A stretch of 64,000 nucleotides of DNA, taken from positions 1-64,000 of the IMG/VR virus record IMGVR_UViG_3300017748_000003; one strand, 5' to 3'. How positions within the stretch are numbered: position 1 is the first letter of the stretch; the number at the start of each line of letters is the position of its first letter. Below, piece after piece: positions 1-10,657 of this stretch. The stretch comes from a virus. The notes under the pieces are model-generated. The model saw only the letters and a program-made list of their open reading frames with translations, was not told where the DNA came from and made no database searches. Made by a program: the position numbers and the translations under genes.

Positions 1-458
1 CCGCCTCCACCGCCTCCACCAGAACTTGGAACAGAGACAGACGGTGGTTGAATTGGTAAAGCGCACGCATCTCCACAGGTAGGTGCGTTAGGCGAAGAGA
101 TGTCGGGCTGATACTCAGAAGTCTCTTCTCTTTGATAAAACCCAAGAATATACGACTCAGATACACTATCGCAGCTAACGTCCTCTTGATAACAAGCTAC
201 ACTAAGGGAAGTCCAATCCTGCCCGTAAAAATCGTCTTCAGTAAACTCATCAGCAGCTACAATTCTTTTACCCGCAGTGTCTTCGATAAACCATATACCT
301 TCACAGTAGTAAATCCATATATTAGCAACTTGAACACCACTAACGGTAACTTCCCATGCTCTCCTACGAATACGCAAGGGACGGACCTCTTGCCTATCAA
401 GAGCAACACAAATGTCCTCCATAGTAGGCCAGTTAGCTACCTTAGGTATAGTTTGCAT
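1..458 (-). CDS. Partial CDS (runs off window), probable tail/virion protein
   Basis: Manual translation from ATG at 458 (MQTIPKVANWPTMEDI...PSSGGGGG) stays open to position 1; directly follows 460..1197; absent from the ORF track because it has no stop in the window. Confidence 0.7.
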   Translation of the reverse strand, partial: MQTIPKVANWPTMEDICVALDRQEVRPLRIRRRAWEVTVSGVQVANIWIYYCEGIWFIEDTAGKRIVAADEFTEDDFYGQDWTSLSVACYQEDVSCDSVSESYILGFYQREETSEYQPDISSPNAPTCGDACALPIQPPSVSVPSSGGGGGG

Positions 459-459
459 A

Positions 460-1197
460 CTAAAGCTTACGGCTTAGATCAATGTGAAAAGGATTAGACG
501 TTCTGCTATTATTATCAGGAGTAGATCCTCCTGTCTCTTGCCAATAGTCAAAAGTAGCATCAGCTATAAGCCTAACGTTTGTATTAATGTCTTCTGCTTG
601 ATCCTCAAGAAAGATAGCCAAATTAGCATCGCTAAAAGACACCCCACATCTAAACCTAGTAAATCCTGCGCCACCCCCTATTTTCTGTAATGTCCCCGTT
701 TGAACATCAACACCAAGCTCACCTTCAAACTGCTTAACACGCATCTTAAAATTAGTTACGGGTATATCTTGAATAATACCAGATTTGCTTAAAGAGAAGG
801 AAATAACGAAATCATCAAACTGCTTTAGTCTAAAAGTGTTAAATCCGGTCTCCTCATCAACAACAGCACCCGTGCCAGTAATATCTCCAGTATCCAGATT
901 AAGATCCCACTGAGGTGCGGCAGAAGCATCAAAGTTAGCGAACTTTACTCCCATAGTAATATCAAGGGTTCCTACATCCCCAGAGGCATCAGCCTGTATA
1001 GTAGCTTTGTAGATAGACCCTGCCGAATCAAGAGTAGGGGACCCTGATAGTAAGCCGCTAGAACTCAAGGTCAGTCCTGCGGGTAAGGCTCCATCTGTAA
1101 TAGACCAAGTAGCACTGCTTGGATCGGAGAGGAACTGCACAGAATAAGACTGAGCTTCTGAGAAGGATAATATTGATGTCTTTGGGTTAATTGTCAT
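460..1197 (-). CDS. Tail-associated protein with putative Ig-like (He_PIG-type) domain
   Basis: N-terminal 'TWSITDGALPAGLTLSSSGLLSGSPT' is typical of putative Ig repeats; tail-module position. Confidence 0.65.
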   Translation of the reverse strand: MTINPKTSILSFSEAQSYSVQFLSDPSSATWSITDGALPAGLTLSSSGLLSGSPTLDSAGSIYKATIQADASGDVGTLDITMGVKFANFDASAAPQWDLNLDTGDITGTGAVVDEETGFNTFRLKQFDDFVISFSLSKSGIIQDIPVTNFKMRVKQFEGELGVDVQTGTLQKIGGGAGFTRFRCGVSFSDANLAIFLEDQAEDINTNVRLIADATFDYWQETGGSTPDNNSRTSNPFHIDLSRKL

Positions 1198-1202
1198 ATT
1201 AA

Positions 1203-3878
1203 TTAAGAGATAAAAGCTACTCCGTCTTCCGGTGGATCGCTAGTTGTCTCTTCTCCTTGGTCGTGCTTAAGACCCTTAAGGACTACGAAACCCCTAGGAT
1301 CAGATTCACCGTCTTCCGTATCAAACCTACCAAGTCTTGCACGAATTGCAAAATTAGCTGTGCGAGGAGGAACACAACCCCCAGATACAGCACCATAAAG
1401 CCTCTTCTTAGCAATAAACTTCTCCACAGAACTCTCTACTGTGCGTTGAATCGTAGCTCCGAATCTATGTATAGTAGATGTAGGCATAAGCACGATACGC
1501 TGTTCAAACAGAGGAACTCCTCGGAAGTTAATATTGTCTAGGTTTGGACCTATAGTAGACGGTGTTGTGTCCTCCACAGCTTCACCTATCTCAACCATAA
1601 GCCACCAGTAAGCTCTAACCTCAGACTCACGTATAGCTGCTTCTAACGAGAAATTAAGATCAAGGGTTTTTTTCGTTCTAAGCTGATTATCATTAACGTG
1701 TAATTCAAACAGGAGACGCTCAAAGTGCTTAGGATAAAAAGAAGTCTCACCTACAACAGTAATGTTGTGAGTTCCAGACCCATCGTCAGTAAACGTAACA
1801 GTAGTTCCGCTACTATCTTCAAGAGTAAAAGTTCCTGCGTCAAAGTCTGCTGTTGCTATAAAATAATCAACGCTTGTAGATAATCCAGCAGGTAACGTTC
1901 CTGTAGTCTCTAGCTGAACCTCAGCACCTTCCGGCAAATAATTATTACGGGTTGCTGAAGTATCAAAATTAAAGAGGCTAGCAGACGATGAAAAGGTAGT
2001 AGTAAACGCTACATCATCGTGAGCACCATACTTAAGAACTGGATACCATATAAACCCGTCAGAGCCTACGAAATCTCCATCCTTAGCTGTAAGACTCTTA
2101 TGGCCCCTGCCGCTAGGTATAAGAACGTCACTCCCTGTATTATTTTGATACACTTTATTTGCGTAAGCAGATCCAGCCGTAGGGACAGGAACAGGCAAAT
2201 CTTCTACAGTAACATCATGTAATGCTGGAAGTAATCCACCTGCTCTACCAAACGGAGTCATGTCTAAATCAACAAGACCTTGACCTTCTTCTATAGATTG
2301 AGTCTTAGATACGTTTTTACGGTCAGGATAAACCTCAAACAGACTTGGAAGTGTCCAGCGAGCCGACTCACCGGGATCATCCTCATTTTCCTCGCTTCTT
2401 ATACTACCCCCGATAAGTTCAAGAGCAGACAAACGTGAGTTTATAGAATCAAGCAAAGTTTGAAGTCCAGTAATTTCTGAGATTGTGTGAGTATGATCAT
2501 CAAACTGAGAAGTCTCAGTAAGCCCCATCACAGTTATTAAAACCCCAGGAGACGCTGGAGCACTCGTAAAGGTAACTGTAATAGAATTACTATTACTTCT
2601 AACGAAAGTATAATCAGTCCCTTCCACTAAGGAATCTCCTGGAGAGGAGTTCTCAGATATAATAACTGCAATTCGATCCTCATCCAAATTATGATCAATA
2701 ACATACACCGTAGTAGTAGAAGAACTAATTTGAGTAGAGTAATGCTGATTACCTGTAGATACCTGAGAAGGATCAAAAGGATTATAGCTAACGTGTGTAG
2801 GAGGTCTTAGCCAGTTAATAGGAGCGGAAGTAGCTAATTCGTCCCAATCGCTAGCTTCTACAAAAGTAACATCCTCACGAAATACTGTGTGCCAGTAGTA
2901 AACTCCGGGATCGTCAGGGTCTTCTATTTGTAAGCGAACCTCCAGAACCAGAGTAGTTTCATCTAGAGACTGCATAAGATCAGCCATCTCTCTAGTAGCT
3001 GTATCAAGAGTAATAACCGTATCTGCGTTAGGACCGTCAAAAATTTCAACTCCGAGAAGGTCTTGGTCTATACCAGACATATCACCTTCAAAATAAATAT
3101 AGGCAGTAGACTCGTAAGGATTCTCTACAGTCCAACTTCCACCTTCGTCTGCCAAAACCTTAAGCTTAGTTTGAATATCCTCTACGGTGTCGCTAAGAGA
3201 TATAGGCTTAGTCCTAGCACTTCCCCTACTAAGACGAAACGTCCCCTTAAATGTAGCGGGGATAAACATCTTTTGTATCTCAGGGATTTTAGTATCCCCA
3301 GATACAGCACCCGCACGAAGTTCAGTAACAGTAGGTATTGGCGGGTTCTGAAGCTCATAGTCAGAGGTATGAGCAACAGGAGTTCTAATAACTCTAATTT
3401 CATGCTCCACTATACCGCCTCGCTCGTAAGTCCGAACCCTAACGTGAGATACTGGATGTATTCTATTAGACTCTATAGTAAAAGTCTGAATTGTAGTAGG
3501 GTCATTAGGGAAGGTAACTATTAATGACTCATCTCTGCTAATAACCTCAACATCACCAGAAGAGAAAGACGCAAGTGCTTCGATAGCGGTCTTAAGATCA
3601 GCAGCAGAAACGTCGTGGTCAATAGTTGCCGTGTCCTCTCCGTTAATATCTAAAACCCAAGTGCCGGAGGTAGGGCGCGTATCTACAACACCAATACTAG
3701 CTGTTATAGCATTAATAGTAGGCTCAACCTCAATAGGTATTCCTTCTCTAGTCTCCCTAAACCTCGCCTTAATACGGATAGTCTCACCCACAACTACCCC
3801 TCCGACAGCCACAGAGTCTCCATCTAGAGAACTAAAAAAGCCCTTAGTTCCAATATCGAAATATCCAGATAGGTCCAT
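1203..3878 (-). CDS. Large tail tip/baseplate-region structural protein
   Basis: 891 aa, acidic, beta-rich; 'LETTGTLPAGLSTSVDYFI...FTLEDS...GSGTH' and 'HTHTISEITGLQ' motifs typical of tail proteins; downstream of the tape measure. Confidence 0.6.
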   Translation of the reverse strand: MDLSGYFDIGTKGFFSSLDGDSVAVGGVVVGETIRIKARFRETREGIPIEVEPTINAITASIGVVDTRPTSGTWVLDINGEDTATIDHDVSAADLKTAIEALASFSSGDVEVISRDESLIVTFPNDPTTIQTFTIESNRIHPVSHVRVRTYERGGIVEHEIRVIRTPVAHTSDYELQNPPIPTVTELRAGAVSGDTKIPEIQKMFIPATFKGTFRLSRGSARTKPISLSDTVEDIQTKLKVLADEGGSWTVENPYESTAYIYFEGDMSGIDQDLLGVEIFDGPNADTVITLDTATREMADLMQSLDETTLVLEVRLQIEDPDDPGVYYWHTVFREDVTFVEASDWDELATSAPINWLRPPTHVSYNPFDPSQVSTGNQHYSTQISSSTTTVYVIDHNLDEDRIAVIISENSSPGDSLVEGTDYTFVRSNSNSITVTFTSAPASPGVLITVMGLTETSQFDDHTHTISEITGLQTLLDSINSRLSALELIGGSIRSEENEDDPGESARWTLPSLFEVYPDRKNVSKTQSIEEGQGLVDLDMTPFGRAGGLLPALHDVTVEDLPVPVPTAGSAYANKVYQNNTGSDVLIPSGRGHKSLTAKDGDFVGSDGFIWYPVLKYGAHDDVAFTTTFSSSASLFNFDTSATRNNYLPEGAEVQLETTGTLPAGLSTSVDYFIATADFDAGTFTLEDSSGTTVTFTDDGSGTHNITVVGETSFYPKHFERLLFELHVNDNQLRTKKTLDLNFSLEAAIRESEVRAYWWLMVEIGEAVEDTTPSTIGPNLDNINFRGVPLFEQRIVLMPTSTIHRFGATIQRTVESSVEKFIAKKRLYGAVSGGCVPPRTANFAIRARLGRFDTEDGESDPRGFVVLKGLKHDQGEETTSDPPEDGVAFIS

Positions 3879-3934
3879 AATAAATTAAGTTAGGGTAACG
3901 TTTAGTAGGCAATCAGTCAAGTTAAGGACATCAA

Positions 3935-4153
3935 TCATTCTTCAGTGCGGATAATTTCTCCAGGCCTAAAAGTCTCTGCCTCATCCACACTACCGATAAG
4001 GTCAGATTTTTTAGGTATAGCCCCGCCAATTACCGCTATATCAATAGGGAAGGGTATCATATTAAAAGGGAATAAAGGCTCTAAGCCCGTAGGATCTCTA
4101 AGATCCTCATCCTCTAAAAGCTCAGATTCCCCTTTAGGGGTAAGACCACTCAT
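3935..4153 (-). CDS. Small hypothetical protein in tail module
   Basis: ATGA overlap with 4150..5208. Confidence 0.55.
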   Translation of the reverse strand: MSGLTPKGESELLEDEDLRDPTGLEPLFPFNMIPFPIDIAVIGGAIPKKSDLIGSVDEAETFRPGEIIRTEE

Positions 4154-5208
4154 ACTGTCCAGAACCCCCCTGCTATCTTAGCTGTATTAAGTGCAGAGCG
4201 CGCTTCATCAAAAGCTGCATTAGTAGAATCAACAATACTCTGAGCCACAAATAACCCTGTAGCAAGAAATCCAGCAGGGTTGCTTATAAAAAACGGTGGA
4301 ACATTATTAATATCAACGTCTATCGTATAATCAAGATTCCAATGACACAAATGCTGAATTACAACTTCCCACTCAGAAGTAACGGTCTCGTCGTGATTCC
4401 CGGGAGGACCCATAAGCCATACGCGAGCCATGTGCAGTTCATCAGTTATAGGCTCATTAGCTGATCCATCAAGAATCTGCATAGCCGTTGCCTCTACTGA
4501 ATCAGAAGGGACGGCACTAGTAATAGACTGAGAAACATAAAGAGGATTCCTGTCTCTAGCAAAAACGTAATCAACCTGCACTTCAATAGCTACACTAGAG
4601 GGTGCTGCACCGGCGACAGGTATAGCCTCTAAGATAGGTCGGAACTGCTTTAGCGTAAAATCAGATGCTTTTAGCAAACGCTTATCTTCTTCGGCTACAG
4701 ATTGACCAGATCCAGATTCAAAAAGAATACCACTCTGTATATCATCTACAGAAGCAAGTGTTTTTGGCCTAGGCACGCCTTGATCGTGAAACCACTCAGG
4801 TATCGTATATGGGACTTGAGTTAAGCCGTCAGCATTAATGACATTCGCCCAATTATTAACGGGTATCCTAGGTCTCTCTGTTAAATAAGCAGTAACCGAA
4901 TCTTCGCTATCGCCGGACAATTCTAACCGTCTAAGTGTCTTTTGGCCGCAGAAAGACTCAGGAACATTAACTTCTACATTACCGCCTCTTACAAATCCAG
5001 GGTTAAGGCTAGCTGCAAACTGATTAGTAGCCTCATCCCATTCAACGGACAACCTCCAAGGATGATCTAGCTGATTAGCCCTAGGATTAGGGCCTGTAGA
5101 GAGTGGCCTATTCTGATAAATACGAGTACACACCTTGTTCCAGTGATCGTGCTTTATTGCGAAAGGCTCACTTTTATCGTAGTTAGGTAATGTAAATGAT
5201 ATAGGCAT
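4150..5208 (-). CDS. Hypothetical tail protein
   Basis: 352 aa, translationally coupled, downstream of the tape measure; shares a 'HPW/HPF...G.V' N-terminal pattern with the upstream gene. Confidence 0.6.
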   Translation of the reverse strand: MPISFTLPNYDKSEPFAIKHDHWNKVCTRIYQNRPLSTGPNPRANQLDHPWRLSVEWDEATNQFAASLNPGFVRGGNVEVNVPESFCGQKTLRRLELSGDSEDSVTAYLTERPRIPVNNWANVINADGLTQVPYTIPEWFHDQGVPRPKTLASVDDIQSGILFESGSGQSVAEEDKRLLKASDFTLKQFRPILEAIPVAGAAPSSVAIEVQVDYVFARDRNPLYVSQSITSAVPSDSVEATAMQILDGSANEPITDELHMARVWLMGPPGNHDETVTSEWEVVIQHLCHWNLDYTIDVDINNVPPFFISNPAGFLATGLFVAQSIVDSTNAAFDEARSALNTAKIAGGFWTV

Positions 5209-5891
5209 TAATTAGGATAAAAGAAGTGTCTTTCTTTGACTTTAACCCCTGCTACTTTAGAGCTAGCTACTGAATGCTGTAAATTATGATATACTATCTG
5301 ATATACATCTTCTAGCTCGTTATCTAGCCAATCCATCTGAGCCAGAGCATACCACGCATAACCCCTTTCATCAGTCTGCACACCTCCAGATCCTCTACCC
5401 GCTGGAAGCTCTTTAATCTCTTTAATTCTTAACTGAGAAAACCCAGAAGCACCTTCTGCTACAAGATCAGCCAACTCTAAGGACGCAAACTCAGAATCAG
5501 TTCCCTGTATGTTAACGCCTACAGCAATCCAAGAAGAACCTTCTTGTTGTGGTTCTACCTTAACGCCTACGAACTGACCAGTATTAGGATCAGTATTACC
5601 TACTTGAACATCCTCGCTAACCCAAGGGACTATGTTATTAACAGTTCCCCTACCTACATACATCTCAAACTCTTCTGAAGCATTAATCGCTACCATAAAA
5701 GGGTGAAGCCAAGGTATAGATCTTTTAGCTGGGGTTACAATAGTGCCGTTAGGGAGCCTAGTAATCTTAAAGAACCCTCCCGGAATAATATCCGTAGAAC
5801 CAACGTATCTAACTAATCTTTCCCATTTAGGGAGGACTAAATCGCCTCTCTTAGCCTTTAAGTCAGTAATTTTAATGGGTTCATTTGTCAT
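5208..5891 (-). CDS. Hypothetical tail protein
   Basis: ORF track gives 5208..5906; ATG start at 5891 (MTNEP) preferred; tail-module position. Confidence 0.6.
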   Translation of the reverse strand: MTNEPIKITDLKAKRGDLVLPKWERLVRYVGSTDIIPGGFFKITRLPNGTIVTPAKRSIPWLHPFMVAINASEEFEMYVGRGTVNNIVPWVSEDVQVGNTDPNTGQFVGVKVEPQQEGSSWIAVGVNIQGTDSEFASLELADLVAEGASGFSQLRIKEIKELPAGRGSGGVQTDERGYAWYALAQMDWLDNELEDVYQIVYHNLQHSVASSKVAGVKVKERHFFYPN

Positions 5892-5909
5892 TTGCACGAA
5901 GGGCAAAAC

Positions 5910-6710
5910 TTAGCTGTATAATCCACCAGATCCTTGAACACCTCCGCTAGACAGGGAGCCAGATCCGTAACCTCCGGTATTAGCTAAAGATCCTTGTCCT
6001 TCTATAAGAAAACCATAAACGTGCTTAGGCCACCCACCTTTTTCTGACAAAAGAAACTCATATTGATTCTCATAGTCTCCGCTAGCTAACTTTCTAGACT
6101 TAGGAGGCATAAACATCCAATTATGATCCTTAGGCGTTTTATACCCTCCGGGAACTCTATTCAGCATAGTGCCTATTTGCTTCAAATTAGGTGGCTTACT
6201 TTCAACTTTCGTCTCTCTTACTACAGCAGCAAGATAAAGATAAGTCTCAACCCCAAACATAGGGTTTGTAGTTCTTCTATCTGAGCTTTGAATACCTCCA
6301 CTAGCGGAAGACTCAAGCTTAGGACTAAAAGTAACGTCTTGAGTCCTAGGATCTAGCTTTCCCTTATAAACTGTAAGTATCTTCTCTAAGTTAGGGTGTT
6401 GAGCCAAAGAACGTTCAGCAAACGAAACATCAAGCTCGCACGATCCTTCCCCGCTTGCTGTATTCTCAGGGCCGCTATAAGTCAAGGTAAGGTCATAACC
6501 TTCGTCAGGGCCGGACCACTTCCACTGACGGCGAATCAAGGGAGCACCTTCGTAGTGAGAAGGGCCGTGAGTTTTTGCATCATCAAGACTACCTACATGA
6601 AAAGTTAAGGTTCCGTTAAGGATGCCATCTTCTATAGACCCCGCCTCTCCATCAGTTTGGTAGGCGGTAGAACCAGATCCAGATAATCCAATATGAATGT
6701 TTTCGCTCAT
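5910..6710 (-). CDS. Putative distal tail/hub-region protein
   Basis: Immediately downstream of the tape measure with ATGA overlap; function inferred from position. Confidence 0.5.
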   Translation of the reverse strand: MSENIHIGLSGSGSTAYQTDGEAGSIEDGILNGTLTFHVGSLDDAKTHGPSHYEGAPLIRRQWKWSGPDEGYDLTLTYSGPENTASGEGSCELDVSFAERSLAQHPNLEKILTVYKGKLDPRTQDVTFSPKLESSASGGIQSSDRRTTNPMFGVETYLYLAAVVRETKVESKPPNLKQIGTMLNRVPGGYKTPKDHNWMFMPPKSRKLASGDYENQYEFLLSEKGGWPKHVYGFLIEGQGSLANTGGYGSGSLSSGGVQGSGGLYS

Positions 6711-9442
6711 GTAAATCTTCCTTGTGATCCAAGTAACTTATTCATCTCTTCAATAGCTTTACGGGTAAGCTCAGACTCAATAGCAGTCTTCTCTGCGGCT
6801 GTACGAGTTTTACCCGTTTCAGCAGCTATCTGCGCTTCAGTAGTTCTCCCCATAATAGTATTAATAGCCCCTGCGACAGCCCCCGACTGCATCATTTTAG
6901 GGTCATCTTTTAACTGATCAACCTTAGCTTGCATATCTACAAGCTCTTCAGCTTGCTTAGCAGCATCTGCAATGCCTTTCTTTTCAAGCTCTGCCGTCTT
7001 TTGCTTAATAGCACGCTGACGTTCCAGACGCTTAACTTCGTCTTTATCCCCCGCGACTTTGGCCTTCATAATCGCCTTATCCATATCAAGCTCTTTCTGC
7101 TTATTTACTTTTTCGTTAGCAGCCTTGATCTCATCCTCACGCCCTTTTCTTTGGAGAGTTTGAATTTTTTCTATAAGACCATGCAGCATTGAAGCTCTCT
7201 CAACCTCACCTTCGCTTACAAGTAGGCCCTCAACAAATTTCTTCTGAAGTTGATGTTCGTCAAGGTTACCAGTAGGATCTAATTCCTTTTTATCCGCCGC
7301 AGACAATCCAGCGAATCTAGCCTTCATTTCCGCATTAAGGTCTTCTTGGCTAAGATCCCCAAATTGCTGAGCTTCGTCGGCTTTATCTTTTAATGCTTGT
7401 AACTCATCTCTCGCCTCATCTAAATCTTCAAGCCCATGAACCATAAGAAGAAGCTCAGCTTCCAAGGTTTCATCATCGCCAGCATCAACTTTAGCTTTTT
7501 TCTCTGCCGCAGCTAAATCAGCCTTCTCCATGTTAGTTAGAAGCGTATCAGAATTTTCAGCAGCCTCAGCAAGTTCGTCATTCCACTCGGATAAAGTATC
7601 TCTAACTCTCTGCGCCGCTTTTGCCTTCTCTACAATCGCGGCCCCTTCCCTGTCTATAAGGTTCTCAAGAATAGTCATAGTTTTAACTTGCTGCCTATAA
7701 CTCCTCTCAATATCAGCTTCGACCTCCGAATTACTCGTTTGCTCTAGCAACCTCTCACGCTCTTGCTCAATTTGCGTCCTCCTAAGCTGTATCTGCTCTT
7801 TAAGTGAGTTTAACTCTTCCTCAGACTGCGCGTTTTTAAGACCAGAACTAATTTGTCCAGTAAATTCAAAAGTATCCTGTGTTCCCTGACCTAGCTCCTG
7901 CAACGTCATCAGCCTTCTTTGAGCACGACCGATAAACCCCTCTATAATCATCAAAGCCGCACCAATAACAGCACCGCCAATTATACCCTGGATAGCCCGA
8001 CGCATCGCCAGAGCCTGTGCTTTAACAACCGCTGCTGTTCTCTTAGCATTCGCAATATTTTTCTTAGAATCCAAGCTCATCTGCATAGCAGAGATCTTAG
8101 AAGCTAGCTTAACAGCCATAAAACCCACGACAATACCCTTTAATGCGTGCCTAAGTTCATGTATTATTTTTATGACCCCAATAAAAGGCTTAGAGATAGT
8201 TCCTAGAATACTAGCAACAGACCTAAGACCGACAGCTATATCCCGCCCAAAACTAGCAGCCCCTCCTTCCTGATTAAGCGTATTAAGAAACTCTGTAACA
8301 CCATTAACTACGTCTCTTAGGGCATCGTTAATACCGCTTTTTCCAAGCTGTAGCTGTAACTCTTTAAAGGCTGACACCAGCAGCACTACCGCACCTTTCA
8401 AGTTATCATCCATAGTTTGAGCCATCTGATCGGCTGCACCCTCGGAATCCTTTAAGATACGCTCAAAACCCTCAACATCATCTACCAGCTTACCTAAGAC
8501 CAATGCCGCAGCACCAGACCTTTGAGTAAAAGCAGCCATAAACTTAGAAGCCCCATCAGGTAAGTCAGATACTTTCCTAAGCTCATTAAGGGTATCAACT
8601 AAGCTATTACTGCTTGGATCAAAATCTTCAAACTTCAAACCTAAAGCCTCTAGCTCTCTAACTGTCCTACCATTCTCCTTAGACAAGGTGCTAAGTAGCA
8701 TACGTAATCCAGTTCCAGACATAGCAGATTGAATACCTGCGTTAGAAAGGGTCATCATTGCAGCAGTAGTCTCCTCCAAACTCCTACCTAAGCCTGAAGC
8801 GATTGGTGCTACAAACTTCATACCCATAGCTAACTGCTCAACATCTGTATTAGCGTTAGCTGCTGCTTTAGCTAAAACATTAACGAAACGATCAGTGTCT
8901 TGAAAGGAAGCACCAAACGCCGTCATAATGTTAGTAACGATGTCAGCCGCAGTGCCAAGCTCAAGCGCACCAGCCTGTGCAAGCCTCAAAGTTGACTCTA
9001 AAGCTTGAGTTGATTCTTTAGCCGACAGACCTGCCATAGACAGAAATTTAAGACCCTCAGCAGCCTCTACAGCACTAAATCTTGTAGTAGAACCTAAGCG
9101 ACGAGCTTCAGCCGTCATCTCTTTAAACTGAGCTATAGTAAATCCAACATTCTGCTCAGAAACCGCCTTAACGTGCGACATAGAAGCCTCAAAATCAGCG
9201 TTTACTTGGACAGTAGATTTAATAGTATCTGTAAGCGTCTGAAAGGCTTTATGAACTGCGGTAATAGCTGCCACACCCACACCGATGTTCTTAAAATTGT
9301 GCATCATACCGCCCAGAGTTAGGCGGGTTTTATCTGCTGCACCACCAACCCCTCCCAGAGAAGTTTGAAGCTGAGTCATAGCCGCTTGCGCCTGAGCGGT
9401 ATGCGCGTGAAAATGGATAGCGACTGGAGGGACTGAAGCCAT
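6707..9442 (-). CDS. Tail tape measure protein (TP901 family core)
   Basis: 'ARRLGSTTRFSAVEAAEGLKFLSMAG', 'AANANTDVEQLAMGMKFVAPIA', 'AADQMAQTMDDNLKG' motifs; Ala-rich helical 911 aa. Confidence 0.95.
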   Translation of the reverse strand: MASVPPVAIHFHAHTAQAQAAMTQLQTSLGGVGGAADKTRLTLGGMMHNFKNIGVGVAAITAVHKAFQTLTDTIKSTVQVNADFEASMSHVKAVSEQNVGFTIAQFKEMTAEARRLGSTTRFSAVEAAEGLKFLSMAGLSAKESTQALESTLRLAQAGALELGTAADIVTNIMTAFGASFQDTDRFVNVLAKAAANANTDVEQLAMGMKFVAPIASGLGRSLEETTAAMMTLSNAGIQSAMSGTGLRMLLSTLSKENGRTVRELEALGLKFEDFDPSSNSLVDTLNELRKVSDLPDGASKFMAAFTQRSGAAALVLGKLVDDVEGFERILKDSEGAADQMAQTMDDNLKGAVVLLVSAFKELQLQLGKSGINDALRDVVNGVTEFLNTLNQEGGAASFGRDIAVGLRSVASILGTISKPFIGVIKIIHELRHALKGIVVGFMAVKLASKISAMQMSLDSKKNIANAKRTAAVVKAQALAMRRAIQGIIGGAVIGAALMIIEGFIGRAQRRLMTLQELGQGTQDTFEFTGQISSGLKNAQSEEELNSLKEQIQLRRTQIEQERERLLEQTSNSEVEADIERSYRQQVKTMTILENLIDREGAAIVEKAKAAQRVRDTLSEWNDELAEAAENSDTLLTNMEKADLAAAEKKAKVDAGDDETLEAELLLMVHGLEDLDEARDELQALKDKADEAQQFGDLSQEDLNAEMKARFAGLSAADKKELDPTGNLDEHQLQKKFVEGLLVSEGEVERASMLHGLIEKIQTLQRKGREDEIKAANEKVNKQKELDMDKAIMKAKVAGDKDEVKRLERQRAIKQKTAELEKKGIADAAKQAEELVDMQAKVDQLKDDPKMMQSGAVAGAINTIMGRTTEAQIAAETGKTRTAAEKTAIESELTRKAIEEMNKLLGSQGRFT

Positions 9443-9451
9443 AAGATAAGT

Positions 9452-10059
9452 CTACACTTCAGATATTAAATCTGCAAGAGACTGTTCAGCGGATAAATCT
9501 TTAATCTTAAAGCCTTTTTTAAGAAAATATACGTGCTCATAAGCAAATACCGACTTCAAAGGCATATTATTATGAACATAATCAACAGTATGATTACTTA
9601 CTTCGGCCACCACGGAGCAGATCCTTACCCTCCACGGCGGCCCTACGAGTTTCCCTCAGAATCATCCACCTGTTGATCTTCTTTCTCAACTAAAGGCTCA
9701 ACCTGAGTGCTCATAGAATCTTGAAGCAAGCTAACAATCTGATTAAGCACATCCTCAGCCTCTTTAGGTAAAATGGAATCGGCTAAATCTAAAGCAGCAG
9801 TATCAAGCTTAGCCAAATTAAGAGAGTATTGACGAGCCTCTTCTAGATCACCAGTTTGAAGAACCAAGAACTTCAAGCACTCCATAGTAATCTCAGGCGT
9901 TGCCTCAATCTTAACACCAGCGATAAGAGGGCTTCCGATTCGCTCTAAGAGAGCAACAGTAGCTAACGTAACTGGCCTTACTGTGCGACCTAGAATAGTA
10001 GGCTCATCGCCTAACATTTCTGAGATCATATTTGGGGTATCTGGCAATTCTTTACTCAT
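9452..10059 (-). CDS. Tail assembly chaperone, long (G-T type) form via -1 frameshift
   Basis: In-frame slippery G GGA AAC at 9655-9649; -1 frame open to TAG at 9452, adding ...KLVGPPWRVRICSVVAEVSNHTVDYVHNNMPLKSVFAY...DLISEV. Confidence 0.85.
9605..9655 (-). promoter_or_regulatory. Programmed -1 ribosomal frameshift signal (GGGAAAC plus 3' hairpin)
   Basis: X XXY YYZ heptamer, 6-nt spacer, then 13-bp stem GGCCGCCGUGGAG/CUCCGUGGUGGCC. Confidence 0.85.
9643..10059 (-). CDS. Tail assembly chaperone, short form
   Basis: Lies between the tail tube and tape measure genes; ends EGNS at the slippery site. Confidence 0.85.
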   Translation of the reverse strand: MSKELPDTPNMISEMLGDEPTILGRTVRPVTLATVALLERIGSPLIAGVKIEATPEITMECLKFLVLQTGDLEEARQYSLNLAKLDTAALDLADSILPKEAEDVLNQIVSLLQDSMSTQVEPLVEKEDQQVDDSEGNS

Positions 10060-10061
10060 GA

Positions 10062-10580
10062 TTATTTTCTTTTAGGCGCACTACCATCTTTCATAGGGTC
10101 AGTCCTAGTCATCCCTTTAGCTATACATCTAGCTTCTTTTTTAGAGCCTTTTTTAACTAACAAAAGACCTTTACCCCTGCCTTTAAATGCAACCCAAGGC
10201 ACAGAGTCTTTAAGATGCTCCATCAGCTTCTGACGGTTCTTCATAGAGCACATAGCGAAGGTAAAGGGATGTGCAGGATTCTCGTCAATAAATTTCATAT
10301 CCTCAGAGAATGCCTTTACAAGATCCCCCGTTTTTAAATCACCCTCACGGTTTTCGTTTTCAAAGTTCCACACGATAACTTTGCGATTATCTGCCATCTC
10401 CGCATAAACATAGGGAGGGTCTTCTCGCAGGGGGATGCCTACAGATAAGAGGCAGCAAGCCAGATCAACGTTTTGAACTTGATACACAAAAGAACCTTGA
10501 GCTAGCTTCGTTAGAGGCTGCTCAGGTTCTTTAGGCTCATCAAAAACGAACGAATTATCTACAATATTTCCTTTACTCAT
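10062..10580 (-). CDS. Hypothetical protein between tail tube and chaperone
   Basis: 172 aa ORF in operon context. Confidence 0.7.
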   Translation of the reverse strand: MSKGNIVDNSFVFDEPKEPEQPLTKLAQGSFVYQVQNVDLACCLLSVGIPLREDPPYVYAEMADNRKVIVWNFENENREGDLKTGDLVKAFSEDMKFIDENPAHPFTFAMCSMKNRQKLMEHLKDSVPWVAFKGRGKGLLLVKKGSKKEARCIAKGMTRTDPMKDGSAPKRK

Positions 10581-10657
10581 GTTAACGGTTCCATCTCAGG
10601 GAGGTTCAAAGCCCTCCCCTTTAGATGTCGTTTTTGCACAACGGGCAAAAGCTTCTA

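Noticed and set aside
10592-10627. GGTTCAAA-containing hairpin as a tRNA fragment
   Set aside because: No cloverleaf can be built; it is a simple intergenic stem-loop without a clear U tract
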